A stretch of 64,000 nucleotides of DNA, from positions 2,418,001-2,482,000 of the forward strand of contig NW_024704771.1 in the NCBI RefSeq assembly GCF_018977255.1, in the 5' to 3' direction. Positions 25,001 to 35,700 of this stretch are shown here, in pieces. A program made the position numbers and the translations under genes. Source of the DNA: Callorhinchus milii. Its lineage: Eukaryota. Each line of letters begins with the position of its first letter. The stretch's first letter is position 1. The notes beneath the pieces were generated by a model that worked only from the letters and a program-made list of their open reading frames with translations, made no database searches and had not been told where the DNA came from.

Positions 25001-25296
25001 CCCCAACCCTGACCCCAAACTTAACCACTGACCCCAAACCCAACCTCAACCCCTGACCCCCTGACCACCAACCTCAACCCTTCACCCCTGACCCTAACCT
25101 CAACCCCTCACCCTTGACCCCAACCTCAACCCCTGACCACCAAACTCAACCCTTCACCCCTGACCCTAACCTTAACCCCTCACCTCATCCCCAGTCCTGA
25201 AATGCCCCAGACTTGACCGCTGACCCCTGACAGCCCCTGTTGCTGTCTTCAGTAACGCTGTCTGTCCTCTTTGCCCCTCAGGAGAAACGTAATTGA
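6118..25296 (+). CDS. TAPBP: Tapasin (TAP-binding protein), complete 8-exon gene, 1374-nt CDS, 457 aa
   Basis: Exons 6118-6178, 12898-13116, 13797-14066, 14657-14998, 20651-20977, 23796-23897, 24901-24938, 25282-25296 join in frame at GT-AG sites. Product: signal peptide, N-domain (DCWYIEE...[12 protein letters not shown]...W), IgV ([27 protein letters not shown]), IgC1 ([27 protein letters not shown]), connecting peptide/[24 protein letters not shown], tail ending KEKRN*. GPSIED plus TM basic residue plus dilysine tail fit tapasin rather than TAPBPL. Confidence 0.95.
7180..7475. repeat. (CA)n/(GAAA)-interrupted microsatellite
   Basis: Direct inspection. Confidence 0.85.
8130..8810 (+). mobile_element. 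L2 fragment
   Basis: [14 protein letters not shown]; [18 protein letters not shown]. Confidence 0.8.
9570..9990 (-). mobile_element. CR1 3' fragment
   Basis: AGAAACATAGGAACAGGAGGAGGCCATTCAGCCCC inverted tail. Confidence 0.75.
10215..11198 (+). mobile_element. CR1 LINE 3' fragment with degenerate RT
   Basis: [19 protein letters not shown]...ISKFAD...WQMKFNVDK, typical CR1 tail GGCCTCCTTCTGTGCTGTAT..(ATTCTATG). Confidence 0.85.
11314..11647 (+). mobile_element. Young tRNA-Ala-derived SINE, internally deleted subfamily
   Basis: A box TAGCTCAGTGGTTAGAGC, B box GTTCAATTCC, Deu core, tail GGGA(C/T)GTCCTCCCGACGTGAAAAGCGCTATATCAAATGCAAGG(ATT)n; near-identical to the copies at 24508, 26731 and 62707. 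Confidence 0.85.
12270..12715 (-). mobile_element. Older full-length tRNA/Deu SINE; representative of dozens of copies and fragments (e.g. 330-660, 2955-3350, 28470-28850, 39280-39640, 40790-41160, 51195-51555)
   Basis: Shared head CTGTAGCTCAGTGGTTAGAGCACTCGCC, middle AGCAGTAAGTAGGAACC, Deu core and (ATT)n tail. Confidence 0.8.
12898..13116 (+). CDS. TAPBP: TAPBP exon 2 (N-domain, first Cys and editing loop)
   Basis: ctccctcag|TA...ACAG|gtgag; 219 nt; [33 protein letters not shown]. Confidence 0.93.
13200..13745 (+). mobile_element. Unclassified interspersed repeat of about 550 bp; related copies at ~990-1140 (-), 2700-2850, 32385-32935, 48535-49040
   Basis: Shared blocks CAGTATTCCAGGGCACTGCTGATG, CAGCTCCTGTTAACC, GTCCCTCCAGGG, CTTAAG(T/C)ACGG, GGGTTTCTGCGTGTGTC. 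Confidence 0.7.
13797..14066 (+). CDS. TAPBP: TAPBP exon 3
   Basis: gactag|AT...TCAG|gtacc; 270 nt; [34 protein letters not shown] resembles human FRRYPRGAPAPHCEMSRFVP...WASGLT; acceptor less certain than donor. Confidence 0.88.
14331..14628. other. Assembly gap; others at 6557-6684, 15060-15467, 15632-15942, 20228-20624, 29758-29893
   Basis: Runs of N, all adjacent to simple repeats. Confidence 0.99.
14657..14998 (+). CDS. TAPBP: TAPBP exon 4, IgV-like domain
   Basis: ggcag|TG...GCAG|gtacac; 342 nt; [27 protein letters not shown]. Confidence 0.95.
15001..20227. repeat. CA-rich micro/minisatellite filling TAPBP intron 4 (units such as CACACACTGACTCCTCA and CACAGCACCGCGCG), interrupted by N gaps
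   Basis: Direct inspection. Confidence 0.95.
20651..20977 (+). CDS. TAPBP: TAPBP exon 5, IgC1 domain
   Basis: ttgcccag|AG...GCAG|gtaacc; 327 nt; [26 protein letters not shown]. Confidence 0.95.
20994..22030. repeat. (ACA/ACC)n degenerate trinucleotide array grading into (AAC/ATC)n, at the start of TAPBP intron 5
   Basis: Direct inspection. Confidence 0.95.
22215..22517 (+). mobile_element. CR1 3' fragment containing a fold-back duplication
   Basis: Closely similar to 10960-11198. Confidence 0.8.
23796..23897 (+). CDS. TAPBP: TAPBP exon 6, connecting peptide and transmembrane helix
   Basis: tctcag|GA...TCAG|gtaag; [34 protein letters not shown]. Confidence 0.93.
23935..24360 (+). mobile_element. 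L2 fragment
   Basis: [16 protein letters not shown]; L2 tail. Confidence 0.72.
24508..24828 (+). mobile_element. Young tRNA-derived SINE
   Basis: As the 11314 copy. Confidence 0.85.
24901..24938 (+). CDS. TAPBP: TAPBP exon 7, cytoplasmic tail [13 protein letters not shown]
   Basis: ttgcttctag|TT...AAG|gtgag; phase 1 to phase 0. Confidence 0.8.
25000..25185. repeat. C-rich telomere-like degenerate repeat (AACCCCTGACCC/CTAACC) in TAPBP intron 7
   Basis: Direct inspection. Confidence 0.75.
25282..25296 (+). CDS. TAPBP: TAPBP exon 8 coding part, EKRN-stop
   Basis: ttgcccctcag|GAG AAA CGT AAT TGA; completes a KxKxx ER-retrieval motif. Confidence 0.78.
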   Translation, partial: EKRN

Positions 25297-25504
25297 ATCG
25301 GTGACTGCGGTGAAGAGAAGAAAGAATGATGGTGAGCGTGAGCTGAACAAACGATCGCACTCTCCCCCCCCACTCACCGCCCTCCCGCAGTGTCTGGGCT
25401 GTCACACAGTGACTGGCTGATGCTATATTATAGCGAGGATTACTATTATTATTTATTAATATTTTCTAAGTCGGGAAGACAGGGTTGGTGATTTCTTTCA
25501 TGTG

Positions 25505-25935
25505 TCAGCCGGGCTCAGCTGGTAGCGCTCTTCTCTCTTAAGTCAGAAGGTTGGGGGTTCAAGCCCCAGGTCAGAGTCTTGGAATAACATTGTCTAAGCT
25601 GATGCTCTCCAATGCAGTGATGGGGTGAGCTGCATTGTCGGAGGTGCTGTCCTTCGGGCGAGACATTATTAAACCTCAGTCCCTGTCCGTGTCTGGTGGA
25701 CGTTAAAGATCCCGCAATTAGAAAAGAGAAGGGAGGCTTTCTCTCTGTCCCGCGGTGTCTTGGCCAACAATCCCCTCAGATAAAACTGGTGATTCACTTC
25801 GCGGCTGCTAATGGAGGTTTGCTGTGTGCCAGTGTGCCGCGTTTGTCTACAAAACACGCTCACGGCGTTCTGCAGTGAATCCTGTGAAGAAGCGCTTTGG
25901 GATATCCTGACGTGAAATGCGCTCTATGAAATAAT
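25505..25935 (+). mobile_element. DeuSINE copy just 3' of the TAPBP stop
   Basis: Same head, centre and tail blocks as 4970-5420. Confidence 0.72.
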
Positions 25936-26730
25936 AATCATAATCCTTGCATTTGATACAGCGCCTTATCAGGTCTTCGAGACGTCTCAAAGCGCTTCAC
26001 AGAATCTACTGTAAGGATTGTAGGATTATTAAGTGGTGGGATGGCTTGTGAATGGACGAACAGTGACTAACTGTGGGCTGTGTTTTCAGAGCGGCCTTTG
26101 GGCGGACACAGGGAAGCTGTGAAGTGGATGGTGAACTTGAAGTGGACGCTCCCCCCTTCCATCCTCCCCCACACCCGTCCAGACTCCATCTCCGCACAAT
26201 CTGCTTTGTATTTTTGTATTTTTTTTTGCTGTGATTCTCTGCCTCGGGATTTTCTTTGTAGTCTGGCTGTGAATCGGACTGTGCTGTGTACATACTGCGC
26301 TGCTGAAGGGGTTAAACTGCCCAACGTCGGGGGAAACTAAGGGGAAGGGGAAACAACAAGAACTACTTGCCCCAAAGCATCTCAGGCCTGGGGAAGGGGT
26401 GGGAACAAGAGGTAAGGGGGGGTGGGATAGGGGCTGGGACATGAGGGGTGCGAGAGGGGGGAGGGAGGGAGAGGGAGGGAGGGGGAATGAGAAGCAGGAG
26501 ACGGAGAGAATAATTCTGATTTAAGGTTTGGTTTCGCGGCTCTGAGTGCTGGCAGTCATTTTAAATGGGATTGAAAAATTACTCACTGAGCAATGATTTA
26601 AGACGCACCAAGTCCCCAATATGGGAGCTTGATCATTTGCAGCTTCCAAGCAGAGGCGAGAGTGCTACCAACTGAGTCAGGCAGACGGACAGTAATGCAA
26701 ACGTGGAAATACTCCACATGGAAAAAACAT

Positions 26731-27049
26731 GGAGTCCTGTAGCTCAGTGGTTAGAGCACTTGCTATGCAAGTGAGAGACCTGAGTTCAATTCCAGGCAGA
26801 GGGCGAAACCTTGGGCAAGTTTCCTTACTCCACACAGAGCCTAATAATAATCCCTCCAAAACCAAAAACAATAATAAATTGGTCATTTTCAATCTACGAC
26901 TGTTTGTGGGACATTGCTGTGCGCAATTGGCTGCCGCGTTCGCCCACAAATATACAGTCAATTCACTTTACAGTGTGTTCTGTGAAGCACTTTGGGACGT
27001 CCTCCCGACGTGAAAAGCACTATATCAAATGCAAGGAATATTATTATTA
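26731..27049 (+). mobile_element. Young tRNA-derived SINE
   Basis: As the 11314 copy. Confidence 0.85.
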
Positions 27050-29517
27050 CTCTAAATTGTCTCGTTTGGCAAATTGTACATGTTTTTGAAGTCTGCAAAT
27101 ACTGTGAGCGTGCAATTTCTATAGATGTGTAAACTGCGCATATTAGATGACTGAGCAAATAAAGAATCAAACGGGGAAACCAAATGAATAGAAAGGCCTC
27201 AATTTATTGTCTAATTCTCTGGATAATGCCACCGAATCGAATATAAACACGTGGGCGTCCCCGACGTCTGCTGGTCACAAGTGGAACTGCAGCAGGTCTC
27301 AGCACCACTTTGCACATCACACGGCCCAATTTTGGCCCTGATTGTAATGTGTGGAAAGTGATGTGTTCTCCATAGGGAACGGTTAGAAAAAGGAATCGAG
27401 CATCCAGCGTGCAGTGCCCACAATCCACAGAAACTCACAGAACTCAGACCACATGACTGTCCAGCGCCTTTGGACATCCTCCCGACCTGATTTACAAGTG
27501 TAATTTTGCATAGTGGATCAATCCTACCCAAAGGAGTGTTGAGCAGAACGAGGCTGATCTCTAGTGTTAGAGGAATCAGCTATGAGTTGGGTCAATAGAA
27601 CATTTTTACAAAAAAATTGTGGAACACTTTACAAATCCTGTGGGAAATTGCAGAAGGCTCTGTTAAATTTTGCAGGGGTTGATAGGTGCGATTGAGGTAG
27701 ATTTTACTGCAAAATTTTTTCACTTTATTGATAAAAACTAAACATACGGAAATAACACATATTAGATTATTCCAAAAATAATTATTAATTGTTGAACTGC
27801 ACCTGTGTGTCCGGAGCCTTTTCGCCCACAGCGATGTTTTATCATAAAATTGTACAGCACAGAAGGAGGCCATTCGGCCCATTGTGTCTGTGCCGACTCT
27901 TTGAAAAGAGCTTCCAAATCAATCCCACTCCCCGCTCTCTCTCCATAGTCTTGCAAACTTTTCTTCCCCAAACAATTATCCAACAGATTATTTGACAGAG
28001 GTGTAAATATATTTTGATGGCAAGCTCAATTGTGTTTGTACATAATTTACCTTGATATGTGTTATCTTCTACTCAATTTATGTGCAGTAAGAATTGCCGT
28101 GATTGCATCTCATACTATTAGCATAGGAGTAATAATGAAAATAAGATTTAACCTTGAGGTAGTTCAGAGTATTAAAGAGAGTAGTTTTAATGTGTTCACC
28201 TCACTATACTCATCATGTATCAAAAAAGAAATCCTAGGATTGAAGAATATGACCGTATATGATGCACAATAAAGCATTGGAGAAAGTTCAGTACTGACGT
28301 TGTGTGGTAACCTGTGAAAAGTGCAATCATACTGTTCCTCAGATTATTCGCTCATTCCTGATAGAATTTTGCATTTTATTTACGTTCTTTGAACTTAGAG
28401 TTAAGTCTAAAATATCCAATAATTACCTTCGAATTACGTATTACACACCAACATCCAACCACATGGAGCCCTGCAGCTCAGAGGATAGAGCACTGGCTTT
28501 GCAAACGAGAGACCTGGGTTTGATTCCCGGCAGGGTGAAACGTTGAGCAAGTTTCCTTACTCCACACGTCGCTTTTACTTAGCAGTAAGCAGAAACTTGG
28601 TTGTTAGTCGATTGGTGGATCGTTTTTCCGTGAGTAATAATTGCTTCAAACAAATAATAATAACAATAGATTGGTCACTTCAATCCACAACTGTTTGTGG
28701 GACGCTGCTGTGCGCAATTGGCTGCCGCGTTTCTCCCACAAAATATACAGTCAATTCACTTTACAGTATAATTCTGGGAAGGGCTTTGAGATGTCTTGAA
28801 GACGTGATAAGGCGTTATACCAAATGCAAGGATTAATATTATTATTATCCTGACCGACAATGTCCCAGATAGATTTGAGTCGCTGACCAGCCCTTGGATT
28901 CAAAGGATTGAATAAAATCATTTACAGTAAATCCTACGAAGCACTTTGAGACAGTTCACTGACATATTAAAGAGATGTATGAAATGCCAGGATTATTGCT
29001 ATTGTAATTATACTAGATTTGGGAATCTAAAATATAACATTGCATAGATACCTTGTATTTGGTACAGTGGTCCCAGACACTGCTCAGGATGTACTGTAAT
29101 GTACTGCAGTGTATCCAACTGTATATCAACCACTCCACTCCCTCCGCTCAGAAGGCTCTGACCTGCTTCATATCCCCCGCCTGGCTCACTCCTCCATCAC
29201 CTGCCGGGCCTTCAGCCTCTCTGCCTCTACCCTTAGAACTCCATCCTTTGCCTCTCCCCTTTCCTTGCCTCCTTCCTCACGTCTCAACACCCACCTCTTT
29301 GACTGAGCCTTTAGCCACTCTCCCACCCTCCCTGCCCTCCACCCACCCTAAACCCGTCCCCAGCTCGGGTCCGAAACACTGACTGTCCAGAGCCTTAGGA
29401 CGTCCTCACAATGTGAAAGGCGCTGTGGAAATGTAATTTATTGTTGTAGTGACTGAGTGATTTGAGGAGACAGCTCATGTGAAGACTGTGAAGACAGGCA
29501 AGTTATTGCTGTTAATG

Positions 29518-29523
29518 TTTATT
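29518..29523 (-). terminator. C4 polyadenylation signal AATAAA
   Basis: About 70 nt downstream of the C4 stop codon on the minus strand. Confidence 0.7.
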
Positions 29524-29590
29524 AAATGAAAGGGTTTCGGTTTAAAACAATGAACAGAAACTAGACAATCTGGTTCATTGTGAGGGCTGA

Positions 29591-29732
29591 CTAGCCCTTG
29601 CAGCCGTTGGTTTCAAAGGATTGAATAAAATCATTGACGGCTTTACAGGCGTTTCTGTATTTGGAGAGAAGACATTGGTCGTCAGATGGGATCTCCTCAA
29701 TCCAGGTCTTAGAGTCCAGGACATACTGTATC
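29591..29732 (-). CDS. C4: C4 exon 41 (terminal)
   Basis: [20 protein letters not shown]...[18 protein letters not shown]; 142 nt. Confidence 0.94.
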
Positions 29733-32700
29733 CTGTACAGGGTGGGGGGAGGCGGGGNNNNNNNNNNNNNNNNNNNNNNNNNNNNNNNNNNNNNNNNNNN
29801 NNNNNNNNNNNNNNNNNNNNNNNNNNNNNNNNNNNNNNNNNNNNNNNNNNNNNNNNNNNNNNNNNNNNNNNNNNNNNNNNNNNNNNNNNNNNNGGGGCAA
29901 GAGAGGGGAGAGAAAGAGAGAGAGGAAGAGAGATGGAGGGGATTGGGTGGAAGGGAAGAGGATGGAGATAAAAAGGTGGGAGAGTGAGAGAATCAGTCAG
30001 TGATGACCCACTTGCTATATTTTTGCTATTAACAAAGGTTTCAAAGAACGTGAAGGTTGTGAGATGTCCAGAAAATGTGAAAAGCGCTATATCAAATGCA
30101 AGGATTATTATTATTATTATTATTATAATAATAATAATGTACAGCATAGAAACAGGCCAATTTGTTGGCAGGTTTATCTCACAAAATATAGTCAATTCAC
30201 TTTACAGTATATTCTGTGAAGCACTTTGAGACGTTTTGAAGACACTAAATCAAACGCAAGGATTATTATATTATTATTATCCCTCTCTCCCTCATGTGAA
30301 GGTCTTGACTGCACCTAAAATATGATTCAAGACAGTGAGTTCCACAATCTCTGTGTTATCCTCTGCATTCCTCCTAGATTCTCTTTAAGATCCTATGGTC
30401 GCTATCTTATATTTGTATCTCCTTATCTGAGTGTGCTCTGACCAGAGAGAAGAGAGACTTACATTTGATGATGATCCCGAGTTTTCCCCTCTTTTCCCAT
30501 TATCAGAATTCACTCCCAAGCCTCAGCTTGAGTGGGCACGATCTCCGGTTCAGAAAGTGGCGGATGGCTCCATGTCCCAATCCGGCCTCGTTTCCTGTCA
30601 AAGCAGAGACCCAATAATGTCAAAGCGACATTTAAACTACAATACAATACAAATTACATTTGATTATTGCCTTTCATATTGGCAGGACGTCCCAAGGCGC
30701 TGGACAGTCAGGGATTTCGACTTGAGCTGGGGGTCCAGATAGGAGAGGGTGGAGGGCGGGGAGGGTAGGAGGGCAGCCAAAGGAACGGTCAAAGGGGAGG
30801 GTTTTTGACCGAGAATCACGCACTTTGAATGAAAGCCCCAAATAGGCTCACGGACTAGCCGAATGACTTCCTGTGCACTAAAAATGGCTTCCTAGCAGCT
30901 GTTGCCATTGTCACTTCCTGTGCGCCACGTCGAAGGAGAGTGTGACTCACGGCTGTTTAGTATTGGTTGGGTGATGTTGACAACATATTTTTCAAAGTAG
31001 GCCGTATGATTGATGCCCAGGAGCTGTACCTTGAAGGCTGGAAAAGTGAATATCATTTATTAAACAACAACAACTTGCATTTGTTTCGCGCTCTTCACGT
31101 AGGATAGCGTCCCAGAGCACTTGAATAAACCCATTTATACGTTTCCTTACACACCAACCAAAGTGGCAGTAAAATATCTTACTAGATGCACCTCATCAAA
31201 ACACACCTCGCTAAATTTGCCTCATTAACCTCAGCCCAATAACCTCACCTCAATAACACAGCTCACGAAATATATTTGCCTACAAATTTCACAGTCACTA
31301 CACTATAGAGTATAACTGGATGGTACCAGGAATGAGGGACTTGAGTTTTGTGGAGAGACTAGGGAAGCTAGGATTGTTCTCCTTGGAGCAGAGAAGGTTA
31401 AGGGGAGATTTAATTGAGATGTTCAAAATTATGAGGGATTTAATGGAGTAAACAGTAAGAAACTGTTTCCACTGACCGGTGGGTCAGTAATTAGAGGACA
31501 CAGATTTAAAATAGTCATCAATAAAACCAGAGGGGAGATGACGAGAAATTGACGAGAAACAGCGAGTTGTTTGGATCTGGAATGCGTTGAAGGCTGGTGG
31601 ATGCTGATTCAATAATGACTTTCAAGAGAGAAGTGGATAGATGTTTTGGGAGGACAAATTTGTAAGGATATGGGGAGAGAGTGTGGGTCGGGGTGGGGTG
31701 GGGTGGTGATTTTAACTTCAAACCATGACTGCTCACATACCCCGTCCCCCTCTTACCACATTGTCTTGGTCCCAGACACACCTTTTCTCTCTCTGGTCTG
31801 GCTGTTTTGCTGCAATTTTTTCTCTCCTCACCTTTGTTCTGCAATATTAACACCTCTATTTCCCATACTGCAGATTCTTACATTTGATATAGCACCTTAT
31901 CAGGACATCAAGATGTCTCAAAGCACTTCACAGGACTCACTGTAAAGTGTGGTGACTGTATATTTGGTGGGCAAAACTCAGCAGCCAATTGTGCATAGCA
32001 GTGTTCCACAAACATTCGTGGATTGAGTGACCACATTTTTTTTTGGAGGAATTATTATTCTTGGAAAGCGATCCACCAATTGACTAACAACTGGGTTCCT
32101 ACTTACTGCTTGGTAAACAGAGGTGTGTGGAGTAAGGAAACTTGCCCTGCCGGGAATCGAACCCAGGTCACATACCATAATCCACCACTGGACTGTAACA
32201 GGCAAAGTCGATTCGAGAGAAGCTGTTCAGCTGTGGGGACAAGATGTGCTCGATGTGAGGACAAGGACCTGATGGCAAAAAAAAATTGTTCTGATTAAAC
32301 ATAACATGCATCATAGGTACAGAAGGAGGCCATTCAGCCCGTTGAACCTGTTTCATCAGTTTTCTTTAAAAAAAATTAGAAACCCATCATGGACAAGCAG
32401 AGGGAAAGCTGCCAGACAAAGTTCTCAATGGGAAGCTGTGTGGTTATCAATGGTGACCCTCAACTCCCAATCTGTGGTCCCCAAGCCTCAGCTCTCGCCA
32501 ACTAGTGCCCAATATAAGATAGCCAGTGCTCGATCTACTATGGAGTTTAGTTGGCTGTTCTTTACACAGAGGGTGGTGAGAGTGTGGAACTCATTGCTGG
32601 AAACTGTGGTTGAAGCAAAAAAGCAATGTATTTAAGCAGAAACATACCAGACGCACATACATTTCCACATAGATCTCAGTCTGGTTTGGAGCACAGTGAT

Positions 32701-35700
32701 GGGTTAGATACCCGGCTGATCACAGAGATGGGTTTCAGCGTGTGCTGGACACCTGGTTAATCATGGAGATGGGTTTCTGTGTGGGTCAGACACCAAGCTG
32801 ATCATGGCAATTGATTTCTACATGAGTCAGACACCCGTCTGAGCAGGATGATGGATTTCTGTTTGGTTCAGACAACATAATGCTGGGTTTCTGCATTTGT
32901 CAGACACCCAACTGATCATGGAGATGGGTTTCCAGTCGATGGAAGAACCACTGACCCCTCACTCTGCCCCTTTTCCATGCTTGTGGTTATTTCTCTGGTA
33001 ACTTACCCTCCGCGCACTCACACACATCTGTGTGGCACAGTGTAGACACCAGGACGCTGTGCTCGGGGGCACTATATGTCACGGTACATTTGACACCTGC
33101 AAATCAGACACATGTGTCAACCTCGTCATATTAACCCTCACGGCTTAAAATGAGCCTTACATCTGACACAGCCATTTCAGTGTAGTGACTATGTAATTCG
33201 AGGGCAGCCAATTTGAGTGCAGTGATGTCCTGCAAACAGCTACGAAATGAGCTGTGAAATGATTTTACGCGGGTGTTGTTGGCCAGGACACCGGGAGAGA
33301 GTGAAAGAGAGAAACTCCCTCCTCTTTTCCAATAGCGTCACAGGATCTTTAACATCCACCTGAACAGGCACATTCGGTGAGCTCAGTTTATTGTCTCATC
33401 TGAAGGATGATGCATCGCTCCCACAAACAGTCATGAATTGAGTGACCAATTTACAATTTTTTTAAAGGAATTATTAACCCCAGAATAGTGATTTGCCAAT
33501 CGAGTAATAATTGGGTTCTGACTTACTGCTGGGTAAACAAGGAGTGTGGAGTAATGATTCTTCACCTGCCTGGGAACCGAGCCTAGGTCTCTCGCTTGTG
33601 AGGTGAGTGCTCTAACCACTGAGCTACAGGACTCCAGACGTGTGAGAATGGAAATTTACACTGGGGAGATATAGATTGCTCTCCCCCTGCCACCCTCCAC
33701 CCTCCCTGCTAGATCCCTTGTGCCCTATTGCACCTTGTCAAGTCGTGTGCCCCCATCCCATGCCTCCTTGTTCCCATCTGGTGCCCCCTAAACCCTACCC
33801 CGCCATCTGTCCATATACAGTCCAGCATAGAAAACAATAATAATAAATTATAATAATGATAATCCTTTCATTGGATATAGCGCCTTCTCAAAGTGCTTCA
33901 GAGAATATTCTGTAAAGTAAATTGACTTTATATATTGTGTGCGAAACACGGCAATCAATTCTGCAAAGCAGTGTCCCATACACAGTGGCATGATTGAGTG
34001 ATGAATTATTATTTATTTTTAAATCATACTAATTTAAAGTTATAGAGAGACATTTGGATGCCTCTTGGTGGCCAGTGGTGATGGCAAAGTCCATGATTAC
34101 TTACTGGGATTGTAGAAGTCATAAAGGGTGGCGGTGGCTGGCTGTACTAGACCCACAGGGACAACTTGGTTTGCAGCAAAGACCACACACTCTTTCTTTA
34201 CACGGACCTAAATAATGGGAAACAGAGTGAGAGAGAGGGAGAGAGAGACAGGAGTTTGGGAGAGAAAGAGAGTGGGGAGGGGGAGGCTCACGGAGAGAGA
34301 GACAGACAGGGGGAGAAAGACAGAGAAAGCGAGAGAGGGGGATAGAGGAGAGAGGGAGGGAGATGGAGATTGGGACGAAGGGGATGAGAGAGTGGGGAAG
34401 GGGGAAAGAGTGAAGGAGGATAAGAGAGGTGTGAGAAGGATAAGAGGGAGAGAAGGAGAAAATGAAGAAGAGGAGAGAGATGAGAGAGAAGGAAGGAGGA
34501 AGGGGAGGAAATGAGGGAGGGGGTAATGACAGGGAATGGAGAGGATGTCAGGAGGGAAGGATGTCAGGAAGAAGAGAAAATAAATTTATAAATTTATATA
34601 GCACATTCAATGTCAAAACATCACGGTGCTTCACAGATAATTGCTATCACATATAGTTACTATTCTCTGTAGAACATGTCAGTCTGGACTGTGAGCTCAC
34701 AATCCCATGTGGGGCTCAAACCCTCAGTATTCACACACAGAGTCAGTGACTCGCGAACCTATAAGAGCTCAATAGTTGTGATTGTAGACGGTGCAAATAA
34801 TACAATACAAAATCATATTTATCCAGCGCCTAACACGTTGAGATGTCCCAAGATGCTGAACAGTCAGGGATTAATACCCAGGTGTGGGTGGGGTGGGGGT
34901 GGGGGTTTGGGATCAGGGAGGGTGGAGGGGATGGGTTTGTGGGTCTGTGCTAGTGTATTTCTTTCTGCCCATTTGTGAGTGTTTGTACCCCGCAGTCCCT
35001 TTGCCTTGCCCCCTCCCTTGCCTCCTTCAAGAACCATCTCAAGACCCGACTGTGTCTAAGGTCACCTTTCTACCCTTCCTCACCCTCAATCCTTCCTGAT
35101 CCCAACCACCAGATGGATCGTCGACTGTCCAGTGCCTTGGAATGTCTTCCTGACGTGAAAGACGCTTTAAATTGTAATTTGTTGCTGTTGTTGTTGTATG
35201 TTTCTTTCTCTCTCTGTCTGCCTGTGTGTTGGTCTGTCAGTTGGTCAGTCTGTCTGTCTGCCTGTGTTTCTGTCTGTCTACCTTTCTCTCTCTATCACTC
35301 ATCTCATACTTACGCAGATCAATTCCCTCCACCTCATTTCTATTCCAGTGTCTTGGGACATCCTCCCAACACGAAAGGCGCTATACACAAGCCATTTTGC
35401 TGTTGTGTTGTATTCCACCAAAGTTACCCCGACCAACTATCACCAACCCCAGAGCCCAAGCCTCACCCAGCCTCCGACCATGTACAACCAATAAGATGTG
35501 AGCCATGATAAGATGTTAACCCACAACACCCACCATGTCGAGGTACAGCAGAACTTTGCCATCCTTCAACTCATACTGGTCGATGTATTTATCCACTCCA
35601 TTTTTTAACTGAAAGACAAGCAAATAATAATAATAATCGTTACATTTGGTACAACGCCTTTCACTTCCCAAAACACTTCACAGGATTCGCTAACAGTTAC

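Noticed and set aside
6118-25296. Assignment as TAPBPL (TAPBPR)
   Set aside because: Despite the Cys-containing IgV, the PHCE/W..GLT N-domain motifs, GPSIED connecting peptide, TM Arg, dilysine tail and MHC context match tapasin proper
27590-28460. AT-rich stretch with faint RT-like words (GAIEVDF, VFVHNLP)
   Set aside because: Multiple stops and only weak motif similarity; probably an ancient degraded element, cannot be called without an HMM search
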